A stretch of 44,720 nucleotides of DNA from Nemertoderma westbladi (Eukaryota > Animalia > Xenacoelomorpha), in contig JAUCBJ010005413.1 in assembly GCA_032718475.1 (NCBI GenBank), forward strand, positions 1 to 44,720, given 5' to 3'. Below the pieces are notes generated by a model. The model was not told where the DNA came from and did not search any database. It worked only from the letters and a program-made list of their open reading frames with translations. Shown in pieces: positions 22,894 through 34,600 of the stretch (the first letter of the stretch is position 1; each line of letters starts with the position of its first letter). A program made the position numbers and the translations under genes.

Positions 22894-25800
22894 ATGACAC
22901 CAAGGGACTACAAAAGATTCCTACTTATTACATGCCTGTTTACTATTGCTGCAGCTACTGTCAGCGAAATAACTGTGCACCCCGAACTAGGAGATATTGA
23001 TATTGGGGACAATGTCACTCTTATTTGTGTCATAGAATCCTCAACCTCTAACGCCCAACACGATGTAATATGGACGAAAGACAATATAGAGCTGACACCA
23101 GGAAATATTCCAGATAGATATAAAGAAGTTTATCATAATCTTGAAATATCTGATATCACAAAATTCGATGAGGGAGTATTTACATGTCATTATAGCGGCT
23201 CCCCACATAAATCTCCACAACTTAGGATAGAAGTTCTAATGCCTCCTGGACCAAGTCGCCCGTTAATTGACTTTACCCTTCCAGCAGGAGATTCCCATTT
23301 CTTTTACTGCCACCCAACTAGTCGAGAATACATTGTTTCCTGGTTATGTCTCAATAAACCTTGCTCCGAGTTAGGTAACGCTATTCCGAACCCTCATGAA
23401 GGATTTATACATATTGAAGAAGCAACGGCTGCGAATGACGGCCTCTATACATGTATTGTCTCAGGAACTTATCATGGTGAGGAAGTTACTTCTCGAACTG
23501 ACGTTCGGCTAACTGTTATAGCCAAATCGGTACTGCGAGTAGTTACACAATCACCTGTTTATATAACAGCAGGGGATGAAAAGTTTGAATTTAATTGTAG
23601 CACTGCTTCCGAGTTGCAATTCGATGTTACTGTTCACGACAATTCCGTAGCTCATGGTTCCCCATGGCCCCAGAATTTTCTAATCAACCGTTCTGAATTA
23701 TTTCAACTTCAAGTGCGAATTGACAACCCTACTATTGTTGATGCCAAAACATACCAATGCAGGGCTACGCAATCGGGTTCTCAGCCAGTTACAATTAATA
23801 AGGATGTCGTAGTCAATTTCCACCCGCACACTACTTCCCTTTCGGTAACAAGTCCCGTAGATAAGGATACAATTGTGGCAGGAGATGATGTTGTTCTAAA
23901 TTGTGATGCAGAAGGACGACCAGGGGTAGATTATTCCTGGAAGTTTACTCCAACTTCTGGTACTCCTGGAGAATCTGTTCTAACAGGAGAAACTGAATCG
24001 ACACTTTCACTGGTAGATGTTACAGAGCAGAACAGTGGCCAATATCGATGTGTAGCTTCTAATGTCATTGACTCTGAGTCACTACAAGATGATATCTCCA
24101 TCGATATTGATGTTAAACTAACTTTGAATATCCCAGTAAAAGTTATATCACTTGTCCAACAAGATACAATAATTAAAGGTGAAACTCAAGAGATGACTAT
24201 AAATTGCGTAACAGAAGGAACACAACCTATAGTCATTACATGGAAATTTAATGGCAACGTTATCAACTCGATTCCACAAGAAATTACAGTTGATAGTAGT
24301 GGAGATAACAATAGCATTCTCAAGGTATTTAATCCTGACTCTGACGATTCTGGTGATTATGCATGTGAAGCTATGAACACTATAAATGGTGTCGACCATA
24401 CTGTTACTCGAGTTGTTCAAATAGATGTCATGGTTCCAGCATTTGTAACAAATATAATAACCACAGTAACAACAAGTACTGGTGAAGTTACCAATCAAAT
24501 AACTGCAGGATCAACAGTGACTCTAGAATGTAGAGCAGATGGAAATCCTAATACACCTTTGTCATATTCTTGGAAACATGATGAAATAACCCTCGAAAAT
24601 GCAAATAGTAACTCTGTTACACTTGAAAACATATTACCAAATGATACTGGCAGATACCAATGCATTGTATCCAACATAATTGAGGGGGAACCAAAATCTG
24701 GTCCATCAGCTCTAAACAATGGAGACCCTTTGGACACAGTTCATGTCCATTTTGCAGGGTCTCCAGAAATAAAAGATGGATTTCCAAAAGTTACAGTACC
24801 CTTAGGTGGAAATAATGTGAAACATGGAGAAAATGTCACTATAAGTTGTGAATATCACATCGGTGTATTTGCTTCCATTGATTGGGAATTTCAAGGCATT
24901 GGGGCAGATCCAGTTGAAGTTATAAATAGCGGCAAATATATAATAGGAACAGATTCATTAGTGATTAAATCAGTTTTAGAGGATGATATTGGAAATTACA
25001 AATGTACAGTTAGTAATGCAGCTGGACATGATGAAGGCTCTTTAAATATTTTTGTAACAAACAACATTATTACTCCTACATTGAATTCTGTTGTCTTAAA
25101 GGAATTAACATGGGACTCTTTCATAGTGACGTGGCAAGCGGCTGTTGTGCCAGAAGGGGCATCCCCACTAATTCGATACAAAGTTAAGTGTGCCGAAGTT
25201 GGTTTGAGCAGCGATGAGTGGATCACATGCGGTGAAACTACAAATGAGTCTGACAGAGAACTTGAAGTATCACAACATGGAAGTGAGGGTTTTGAACAAA
25301 ATAAAGCGTACAAATTTGCAGTAGTAGCAGTTAATATGAATGGAGATAGTGAATTAAGTAATGAGATTACTGCCAGTACATCTAGTTTTGCACCAGAAGC
25401 TCCACAAAACATTGCGATTGTTGCAATTGAAAAGGGGTTTCATATAAGTTGGGAGAAACCTCGCCATGAGGGAATTTTTGGTACCGCGAAATACCGTGTA
25501 GAATATAGAATTCAACCAGAAATTGATTCATCTAGGAGGAAAAAAAGATCATTTGAAATAGGCACTCGTGATACGAGAGATATTCATGATCGAATTTGGA
25601 ATGCATTAGAGATTTCTCCACATATTGCAAGCAGTCACTCAGCCGAGGTTACATCATTACCGTCATACACTGACCACGAAGTACGTCTCCAGGCTGGTGC
25701 TACTGGTATAGGCTCGAATGCTATAGACCATTGGGGTCCTCATTCACAAATATTCACTGTAAAAACTTTGCCAACATTACCTAAGGGTTCAGTGGAAGGT

Positions 25801-27039
25801 GCTCGTGCTGAGAACATTACACCATGGGCCATGGGCATTGCATGGGATGAGGTGTCATCCTCTAATACAGATGGACCAATCACATCATACAAAGTGTCTT
25901 TATATGACCATAGTTCATCATACGGTGCAAGCAAAACAGTTATTCATCCAACTATGTCAGTAACAATGAGTGGTCTGGAACCCTCAACTGAATATACTTT
26001 TACTGTTGATGCATGCCAAGGAGAAAAATGTTCTTCTGGATCTGTGAATAGAGCAACCACAAAAGGTGTTACTGATATCGTTGTTGAATATTTAGATAGT
26101 GATAACTCAGTTAATTTGGACTGGGGTTCTATTGCGACGTCATTGTATACCTCTTATGATGTTTGTTACATACCAATGGAAAACATTCGCAATGATAGGT
26201 ATGAAACAGATGCTGGGTATTGTTTCAGAACTACTGAAAGCGAATGTCAAGCAAACTTTGAAGAAAGTGCCTCTGATGTTAAAGAACTTCTTGTTGCTTT
26301 GTTCTCACAATGTTTGTCTCCCACCTCATTACAAGGGAGCACCTGCAGTGCTAACTCTAACTGCATACTAGTTACCAACATAGAGGATTTGACAGAAACT
26401 ACAGTTTCGTATACAACATATTTCGGGTGTGATGATCCAGCTTTGGTGAAATGCACTAATGGTGGTCGAAGTTCTCAATTTGTAAATATGTCCAGCTCAA
26501 ATGATGGTAATACATATGGACTATGTTATAATAATGTGGAACTATCAACAGACGCTACTTATAATAATGCGATAGCATCATTGGAACAGCAGTTTGATCT
26601 CTTTCCCCCCGAGAAAAAACATAAATCAAAATTATCTGATAAGATATGCCAAGGAAGTTTTAAGAAAACTATAAATACAACACAGACATCGATTGAGATT
26701 GCAGAGATTGTACCAGGGGTAGAGTACTTAGCAACTGTTACTGCCTACCCTGCATTGACGGAGAACCGCATTGACATACTGAAAACTACCTTTCAAACTG
26801 CCCATACGACCGATAATCAAACTGTAGAATCAGACTGTGAACGTGTTGGTTCTTTATGTGCTTCTGCTTTTTATGCTATAATCGGGGTGATATGCTTTCT
26901 CTTGGTTGTTTGCTTTATTGCGATTGTTCTTTTTGTTTTGCTGAGGAAAAAAGGTGGTTTAAATTGGCCAGGAAATCCGCCCACGCCAACTGTAAATGCA
27001 ACCGCAGCGAGTGGGCAACCACAATACATTGCAACATAG
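22894..27039 (+). CDS. Ig/FN3 single-pass transmembrane protein, paralog B (1381 aa; 7 Ig, 4 FN3, short tail, intronless ORF)
   Basis: Collinear with paralog A. It has a signal peptide, Ig and FN3 motifs, the TM segment FYAIIGVICFLLVVCFIAIVLFVLL and a ~31-aa tail. Confidence 0.93.
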   Translation: MTPRDYKRFLLITCLFTIAAATVSEITVHPELGDIDIGDNVTLICVIESSTSNAQHDVIWTKDNIELTPGNIPDRYKEVYHNLEISDITKFDEGVFTCHYSGSPHKSPQLRIEVLMPPGPSRPLIDFTLPAGDSHFFYCHPTSREYIVSWLCLNKPCSELGNAIPNPHEGFIHIEEATAANDGLYTCIVSGTYHGEEVTSRTDVRLTVIAKSVLRVVTQSPVYITAGDEKFEFNCSTASELQFDVTVHDNSVAHGSPWPQNFLINRSELFQLQVRIDNPTIVDAKTYQCRATQSGSQPVTINKDVVVNFHPHTTSLSVTSPVDKDTIVAGDDVVLNCDAEGRPGVDYSWKFTPTSGTPGESVLTGETESTLSLVDVTEQNSGQYRCVASNVIDSESLQDDISIDIDVKLTLNIPVKVISLVQQDTIIKGETQEMTINCVTEGTQPIVITWKFNGNVINSIPQEITVDSSGDNNSILKVFNPDSDDSGDYACEAMNTINGVDHTVTRVVQIDVMVPAFVTNIITTVTTSTGEVTNQITAGSTVTLECRADGNPNTPLSYSWKHDEITLENANSNSVTLENILPNDTGRYQCIVSNIIEGEPKSGPSALNNGDPLDTVHVHFAGSPEIKDGFPKVTVPLGGNNVKHGENVTISCEYHIGVFASIDWEFQGIGADPVEVINSGKYIIGTDSLVIKSVLEDDIGNYKCTVSNAAGHDEGSLNIFVTNNIITPTLNSVVLKELTWDSFIVTWQAAVVPEGASPLIRYKVKCAEVGLSSDEWITCGETTNESDRELEVSQHGSEGFEQNKAYKFAVVAVNMNGDSELSNEITASTSSFAPEAPQNIAIVAIEKGFHISWEKPRHEGIFGTAKYRVEYRIQPEIDSSRRKKRSFEIGTRDTRDIHDRIWNALEISPHIASSHSAEVTSLPSYTDHEVRLQAGATGIGSNAIDHWGPHSQIFTVKTLPTLPKGSVEGARAENITPWAMGIAWDEVSSSNTDGPITSYKVSLYDHSSSYGASKTVIHPTMSVTMSGLEPSTEYTFTVDACQGEKCSSGSVNRATTKGVTDIVVEYLDSDNSVNLDWGSIATSLYTSYDVCYIPMENIRNDRYETDAGYCFRTTESECQANFEESASDVKELLVALFSQCLSPTSLQGSTCSANSNCILVTNIEDLTETTVSYTTYFGCDDPALVKCTNGGRSSQFVNMSSSNDGNTYGLCYNNVELSTDATYNNAIASLEQQFDLFPPEKKHKSKLSDKICQGSFKKTINTTQTSIEIAEIVPGVEYLATVTAYPALTENRIDILKTTFQTAHTTDNQTVESDCERVGSLCASAFYAIIGVICFLLVVCFIAIVLFVLLRKKGGLNWPGNPPTPTVNATAASGQPQYIAT

Positions 27040-27504
27040 AGTGCACGATTTCTTATGCATCTAGATAATAATTATGTGGCTTATTTGTTTATACTAAATA
27101 TTACAACTGATTTATTTGTGCACAAAACTATAAATTATTTTTATAGCTTATATTGATTTGCTTACAATAATTATATAATATATACTTTTTCGTACGACCT
27201 CGTTCAGTTGTTTTTGTAATCACGATATTAAAGTGAAACGAAATCAACGTCAGTGTGAAACACCGGCAACCTGAAAGTCCAACTCTCATGGCAGATACAT
27301 GCGCTGGACCTGTTTCTGTTCTGTTATTTTATAATCATATAGTTGGAATAGATGAAACACATCGAGTACAAAACAACAAAAACATGGGGGCTTGCGGGCC
27401 GCAACAAATAAGCTGGTGCGTGGATTGGTTTGCATTGAGCCTTATAATACTTCTACTACTAGGTCGATTTTCCTACAATGGGATCTTTCCCATCTCTCCC
27501 CGGT

Positions 27505-27842
27505 TGGGTGCAATCTTTGCCCGTGTCCAACCTTCGCCCGCGTCCAATCTTCGCCCACGTCCAACCTTCACCAGGGGGAAATCTTCGTCCGCGAACAACC
27601 TTCATCAGAGGGAAATCTTCGCCCGCGAACAACCTTCGCCCAATAAGATTTATGTCATGTCAATAACCATTTTAGTTAAAATTGTGGGAAAGAAGCAGGT
27701 TACAGAGATGGCTTTTTCTAACCAAAACAATGTTGTTACTCATTGAAGGAAAGTAGCAGGTTACAGAGTCGGCTTTTTCTAACCAAAACAATAATTGTTT
27801 ATTGGGCGAAGTTTGCTCGCGGGCGAAGTTTGCTGCGTACCC
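27505..27842. mobile_element. Small MITE-like remnant with inverted subterminal repeats
   Basis: Multiple (AACC/AATC)TTCGCCCGCG motifs at 27515-27642 and their reverse complement GCGGGCGAAG at 27804-27830, plus an internal ~60-bp direct duplication. Confidence 0.55.
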
Positions 27843-28979
27843 TGCCCCCCCCCCCCCCCCCCCCTTCCTCATGTCTCCCCATTTCACTTGGCATCTAACC
27901 TCCGGGGAATATTTAAAATGAAATACATTGTGGCATTTTAATATATTTAATTAATATGTATGTCATATCGCAACATCATACACCTTTAATTAAAACAATA
28001 GTATTAATACAAATAAAATTTGAACTTATAAATCGGCATCTATATATATATAATAAACAAAAACCAAAACGATTTCCCTTTTAAAAAATAACACCAAACT
28101 AAAGAAATTACTGGTTTTACAAGTATTTCATGTTACGCCTGCTAGGGACTATTCTTTATTTCTCATATGGACCAATTTCTATTTTATCTATTTAGCTATT
28201 TTCATAATTACTTGTATACGACTTATATAATATTGATCTGTAATTTTGATAAAAGCCCCATCATCTTCGCAGTGATTGTAAAACATTAACAACGAAATAG
28301 TCGATAAAGCCATAGATATCAATTGTGTTTATTATTTTGTGTTTTTAAAGGCACCAATTTTAAATGAAAGATATAAACAAAAAAATAACTATAATTTACA
28401 CACGCTCTTGAAACACTTCAATCAACAACAGAGTGTTTGTTAAAAGTCCAGAATAACTGCATCACAACCTGTTCCGTAATCCGCCATTGAGTTGGGGGTG
28501 CATACAGCTGTGCGGTACATTAATATTCAACCAACACATTCTTACATTATTTTCGTTAAGAAGTAAATTTTCATTACTGTTTTTCGCAATGTACTGCTAT
28601 TTATTAAGTTTGCGCCCTCGTCAGCCTGATATATTGTGGCATATATATTAAATAGAAAAAGGTGATTAATTCCCTTGCTGAATAGCAAAAGATAAAAAAG
28701 CATCAGCGATATTAATTTGCGGAGGAATGATCATTTTGTAGTCCAATTGAATCATCATGTTAGACACGGATACTTCCGCTTCCACAGTTACTGAAATTTT
28801 ACGACGCTCATAGAAATCGTAGAATTACGTCAATAGTAGTATGCTGATTAGTACAATAATATTACTTGTACAATAGTATCATTATTAAAATACTAATAAT
28901 AGTAAAAAATTATTCTTAATACAATGAAATTGTATGAATATTTAGAGATATGCATCAAATATATAGTGTCTATCTACTA

Positions 28980-29879
28980 CACCATGTCGTGGAATATAGT
29001 GTCGTTATTCAGGTACCTAGATCCCCCCCCCCCCCCCCCCCCTCAAATTTTCTACAAATCTTAATGAGATTGCATGAAATTTGAAACAGAGATAGTTTCA
29101 CTTCCCTCCTCCTTGCTGGGTGAGCCAGAATCTTTATTTTTGCTTTCAATCTTTAGCTACAAGCGTTTGAAAAAGGTGTCTCCGTCAGTATTACGCCAGT
29201 TACACCGCAGTTATTCTTCAACCTTATACCGATTTGTTGATATTGGCGGAAAGCCAGGATTCCAAATATGTATTACAGTCTGAATTTCGTCGTAAAGCAG
29301 CTGAGATATGGCCATCCTAAAGTAGCATGATTTTACTATTTTATTATATTTAATGAATACACCATATTCTAGAACATGTTCTTTATCCCATACGTAGCTG
29401 GGAAACAATGCAATAACTCTGTAATCATACTATTGCGTAGCTATTCGTACATAAGCAAAGTGTTCCAGAATATGGATTATTTATTAAATAGAATAAAATA
29501 GCCTCCCGCAGATTCAAAACCATGCAACATTTGAACGCCCATATCTCCAGCTATTTTACGACGAAATTCAGATTGTGATACATATTTGGAATCCTTGCAT
29601 TGCCAGATGTCCGTAAATATCAACAAATCGCTATAAGGTTGAAGAATAACTGCGGTGTAACTGGCGCAATTATTACCGACGGAGACACCTTTTTCAAACG
29701 CTTGTAGCTAAAGAATGAAAGCGACAATAAAAATTCTGGCTCACCCACCAAGGAGGAGGGATGTGAAACTATCTCTGTTTCAAATTTCATGCAATCTCAT
29801 TAAGATTTGTAGAAAAATTTGGGGCGGGAGTCCAGGTACCTCAATAACGAATAACGACAATATATTGCAGGACATGGTG
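28980..29879. mobile_element. 900-bp foldback MITE (almost fully palindromic), TA-flanked, Tc1/mariner-type ends
   Basis: TA|CACCATGTC...GACATGGTG|TA. The left arm (e.g. TTTTCTACAAATCTTAATGAGATTGCATGAAATTTGAAACAGAGATAGTTTCAC) is the reverse complement of the right arm over about 400 bp. Confidence 0.9.
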
Positions 29880-30660
29880 TATTGTTGGTACCTCAATAAC
29901 GAATAACGACACTATATTGCAGGACATGGTGTATTGTTGGTATACCAGTGGAACTCCTGGAGTGGAGCGGAAGTATTTGTGAGATGTATGCTCAGCCGTC
30001 ATGGATGGCACTTTCATCGTTCTACACCCATTACACCAGTAGTACGTGCCCGTGGGCCGATATACAATTACAGTAGGCCTACATACTTTTCTACACTCCA
30101 TTAAGATAGTTTAATATCATGACAACTTGTTCTACTTTTACATTGCCCATTACTCAGCGGAAAATAAATACAAATTTTGTTGAAACATCAAAAAATGAGT
30201 GTTTTGAACATCTAAGAAAAAATAATAATATCGATTTTTTCCATTGTACCCAATATATATACAGTATCAAGCGCATATAATAAATAAGAAAGTAAGAAAC
30301 AAAAGCGAAATAATTGTTAATATCATAATATCATTCTACTGTAATTAATATTTAGCGTAATTTATGTAACACATTTAATAAAAAGTGATTTATTAAGGTC
30401 TGACTTACCTAATAATAATATTATGTAAAAAATTCCTAAAGCTTTACAAATATATTTACTTATATTAGATAGTTATATACAAATACAGTAAGTCTTTATT
30501 ATAAATAAACTTTAACCGACTATCCCGTGACGTAATTTATGAACGCTTTTATAGTATTTTTGTTCTGTATTTTATGTACTAACTGCATCAACCACCGTAA
30601 AACTCATGACTATAAAGTACAGTAATGCATGGATCATTATCGTATCACATTTGTTAGTAG

Positions 30661-31282
30661 TTTACTTTTACCCGCGGATCTCTTGTTATTGGGTTACTTT
30701 TACCCGCGGATCTCTTGTTATTGGGTTACTTTTACCCGCGGATGTCTTGTTATTGGGTTACTTTTACCCGCGGATCTCTTGTTATTGGGTTACTTTTACC
30801 CGCGGATCTCTTGTTATTGGGTTACTTTTACCCGCGGATCTCTCGTTATTGGGTTACTTTTACCCGCGGATCTCTTGTTATTGGGTTACTTTTACCCGCG
30901 GATCTCTCGTTATTGGGTTACTTTTACCCGCGGATCTCTTGTTATTGGATTACTTTTACCCGCGGATCTCTCGTTATTGGGTTACTTTTACCCGCGGATC
31001 TCTCGTTATTGGGTTACTTTTACCCGCGGATCTCTTTTTATTGGGTTACTTTTACCCGCGGATCTCTCGTTATTGGGTTACTTTTACCCGCGGATCTCTT
31101 GTTATTGGGTTACTTTTACCCGCGGATCTCTTTTGTTGTTGGGTTACTTTTACCCGCGGATCTCTTGTTATTGGGTTACTTTTACCCGCGGATCTCTTGT
31201 TATTGGGTTACTTTTACCCGCGGATCTCTTTTAGGATCTTTTTTGTTATTGGGTTACATTTACCCGCGAATCTCTTTTGTTA
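30661..31282. repeat. 32-bp minisatellite (GGGTTACTTTTACCCGCGGATCTCTTGTTATT), ~19 units
   Basis: Direct tandem repetition, with a 32-aa periodicity in the translations. Confidence 0.97.
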
Positions 31283-31657
31283 TATATATATATATATAAT
31301 TCTGATTTTAATTCTGAATTTATTTATTTATTATATATATACATATTTATTAAATAATTGAATTAATTAAATATTATTTAAGAGAGAGTATTTGCAACTG
31401 AGATGGTTTCATAGTAATTTATTATTAGATTATAAAGTTAATCTTTGGATATTATTAATTTTTTAATATTTTTTTACGTAATGCGTTTTGATAATATTAA
31501 TTGCTAGTAATTGTTATTCAGAGTAATCATAAAGGTGATTAATAGGTGAAAGAGCACAGCTCTTTAAGACAAGTTTATTCCATTTTTCATTTTTATGGGT
31601 AAAAGTTCCCTAACTGGAGAAATTTCCAATAGACAATGGCGACAACTGGGGGAATCC

Positions 31658-34600
31658 CTATATGTAGCTGATGACCCGCCCCTGACTGTCCTGTCTTTGA
31701 GTTCCATTGCCATTAGTTGCTGCTCCCATTGAGTTTTTCCCGTAAGCCAGAACTCTCTCTTGGTTGCCATTGGCGAACGCGACCGCTGGTGGCGTAGAAT
31801 TGAGTTGAGCCCTGAACTGGCGATCGTCTCTCATCTGGATTTCCTGCTCTCCATATCCCGAGTAGGCGGGATTATTTGAACCATCAGTTTTAGAGAAATC
31901 ACGACTTTTAGATACATTATACGATGAGTTTGAATTATCTTCCATATTTTGTTTCTCTTTTCTTCGAATTAACCATATTATAAGAGCAAGGATAATACAC
32001 AGCAGTATAAATGCGATCACTCCAATTATAGCAAAGAATGTGGTTTCACATAGACTGCCTATCTGATTACATTTAGTGTTACCGGTGGTTACTTCACCTT
32101 CAGTTGTGAACCGTGACTTCAACACTTTTGTTTGACCAGAAACAGCCATTGGTATCGCCGTAACCTGAACGAAATATTCTACACCAGGCTCAAGGCCCCC
32201 CAGTATAATATGACCATCCGTTGTTGAATTGTCAACTTTGCCATTCCCACTACAAGACAATGACGACAACGCACTCTTATAACTATCAATGCTACTGAAC
32301 AATTTGTATTTATCCTGCACATCACTTAGGAATTCTTGGAAAATCTTAGTATCAATGGTTTCTTGAATGTTCACATCACAATATGTTATAGATACATCAA
32401 CAGTTGTCCCATCATCATTTACCACCTTGTTTGGAGATGGATTACTGGAATCTTCAGAAGAACATTTATTGTCATCTGTATCACAACCTAATATTGAATT
32501 AACATTGACAGCCACTGGGTCAGTTGTAATATAATCACTCTTTGCCATGCTCAGGGATGATTCCATGTAACACTTATTTTCGGTACTGCAAACGGTACTC
32601 ACTGTCTTGTCAGCCATGCAATTGTAAATTGCAACTGAATTTTCAATATCGTTCGAGACTTTCTTATAATTGATGTCGCATGCTATCACCGTATTTACCA
32701 GCGGACACTTACCAGTGCCAGTGTGAACTTCAGGCCTAATATTTGCTGTGGGGATATAACAGATCTCATAATCCCGGAATTGCTTCCCAGTATCTGCAAT
32801 GTAATAACTCCAATCTATTTCCATGGAATTTGAATTCCCTATCTGCTTGACTATCATATCTGCTTTTGGAAGAGTTGTAAAAGTCCGCTCGGATCCTATA
32901 GCACAATGTGTATCTTCAGGACCCTGACACGCATCGATTGAATAGTAATATCTTGTATCTGGATCAAGATTTATAAACTCAACTGTCATTACTGGATCGT
33001 CAATTGTTTTAGTATTGCTATTCTCCTTTTGTTCTTCTGAACTCCATAAATGTATTTTATATCGTGTGATAGGACCATGTGCATCATGCATTCCAACGGC
33101 AATCCATTCAATTGTAACTGTCCATGGGGACAAATGTTTAATTTTTGCCAAAGGTACAGATGCACTTGGTGTTTGTGCTTTTGTTTTCACGGTTACCGCT
33201 GAAGATGGATTTCCCCATAGGAGTTCATCATTGGCTGTCATGATAGCGGCAGTAATTCTAACTTCATAGAATGTGAAAGAATTTAAGTCAAATATGTCAA
33301 CAGATTCTATAGTTTCAGCATTGGCATCAGCTGTAGGGTCCTGTTCTTTAGAGTAAATCCACTCATCTGCCTCAACATCATTACTTTCAGAATTGTTTTC
33401 ATCATTGTTTTCATCATTGTTCTCTATCTTATGTTTATATTCTATTTTGTATTTGGCAACTGCAAGGTTTTCCACACCGCCGCCATCTTCACCAAGTTGA
33501 GTCGGTTGTTTCCATGTTATTTTAAAACCTGCTACACCTATATCCGCATCTGGTGCTTGTACATTGTTCGGTACACTTGGTGCTTCACTTTTTGTCTGTT
33601 TTTCAACAATGTTACTGGATGCACTATATCCATTGGAATTCACTGCTACTATACGAAACTTATAATTTGTCCAAAATAAAAAATCTTTCTCTCCATGTTT
33701 TACAACATCAACCTGCAATGCTCCAAAGGTTTCTGCACATTTAGTGAATGTATCATCGGGCTGTGTGACCAATGTGCATTGAACTTCATAACCTGTTAAC
33801 AAATGACTGTAATCATTTGCTGGACCAGGAAGCCAAACTGCCTGAAATGTAGCCACAGTGCCAGCTTTTAATTCCACTGTGAGACCAGTAGGGGCATTCA
33901 TCCGATTAATTATGTCAACATATTTTTCAGCTTCTGCAACTCCTACCCGATTTACAGCCTTGCATTTATATAATCCCCTGTCATCTTTAGTAACAGAGTT
34001 TACAACAATGGATGTTGCATCATGGACTTCATAATGACTCTCTTCAATGGTACCTGCTACGGGATTAATTGTTATTGTTTCAGTGGGACTTTGAAATTCC
34101 CATTTAATAAGAGGCATAGGGTCACCAGCGGCACCACATATGAGCCGAATATTATCTCCAATATGAATAGGTGCAGATGAAAAGGGACTTGCAATTGTTA
34201 GACCTGAAACACTAGAAGGGGTCTTCACTTCAATATTTATAACTGTATCATCCAGTTGTATAATAGATTTCCGATTCCCAAGGATTTCTGGTTCTGCATG
34301 TAGAAAACATTTGTAAGTGCCGCTATCACTTAGTTGAATACTAGTTATTTTGAGTGTGTCAGCAGTTAATTCATAGTTTGCGGTGTTCTCTGTCATTTCT
34401 GTAACATCGCCACCACCAGCAGGTATTTTTGCCCATCCATATGTATAAGTAGTACTGGTGCCAAAACTAGCAATACACCGAAGGGTTACATCAATTCCAA
34501 CCTTGATGTCATTCTGATTTTCTGGTATAGTAACAACCACCTTCTGTACACCAATGACTTTCCAGCTTTCTTCTGATTCAACCAGGTAATCATGTCCATC

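Noticed and set aside
30606-31361. Hydrophobic repetitive ORFs
   Set aside because: Translations of the 32-bp minisatellite in all three frames.
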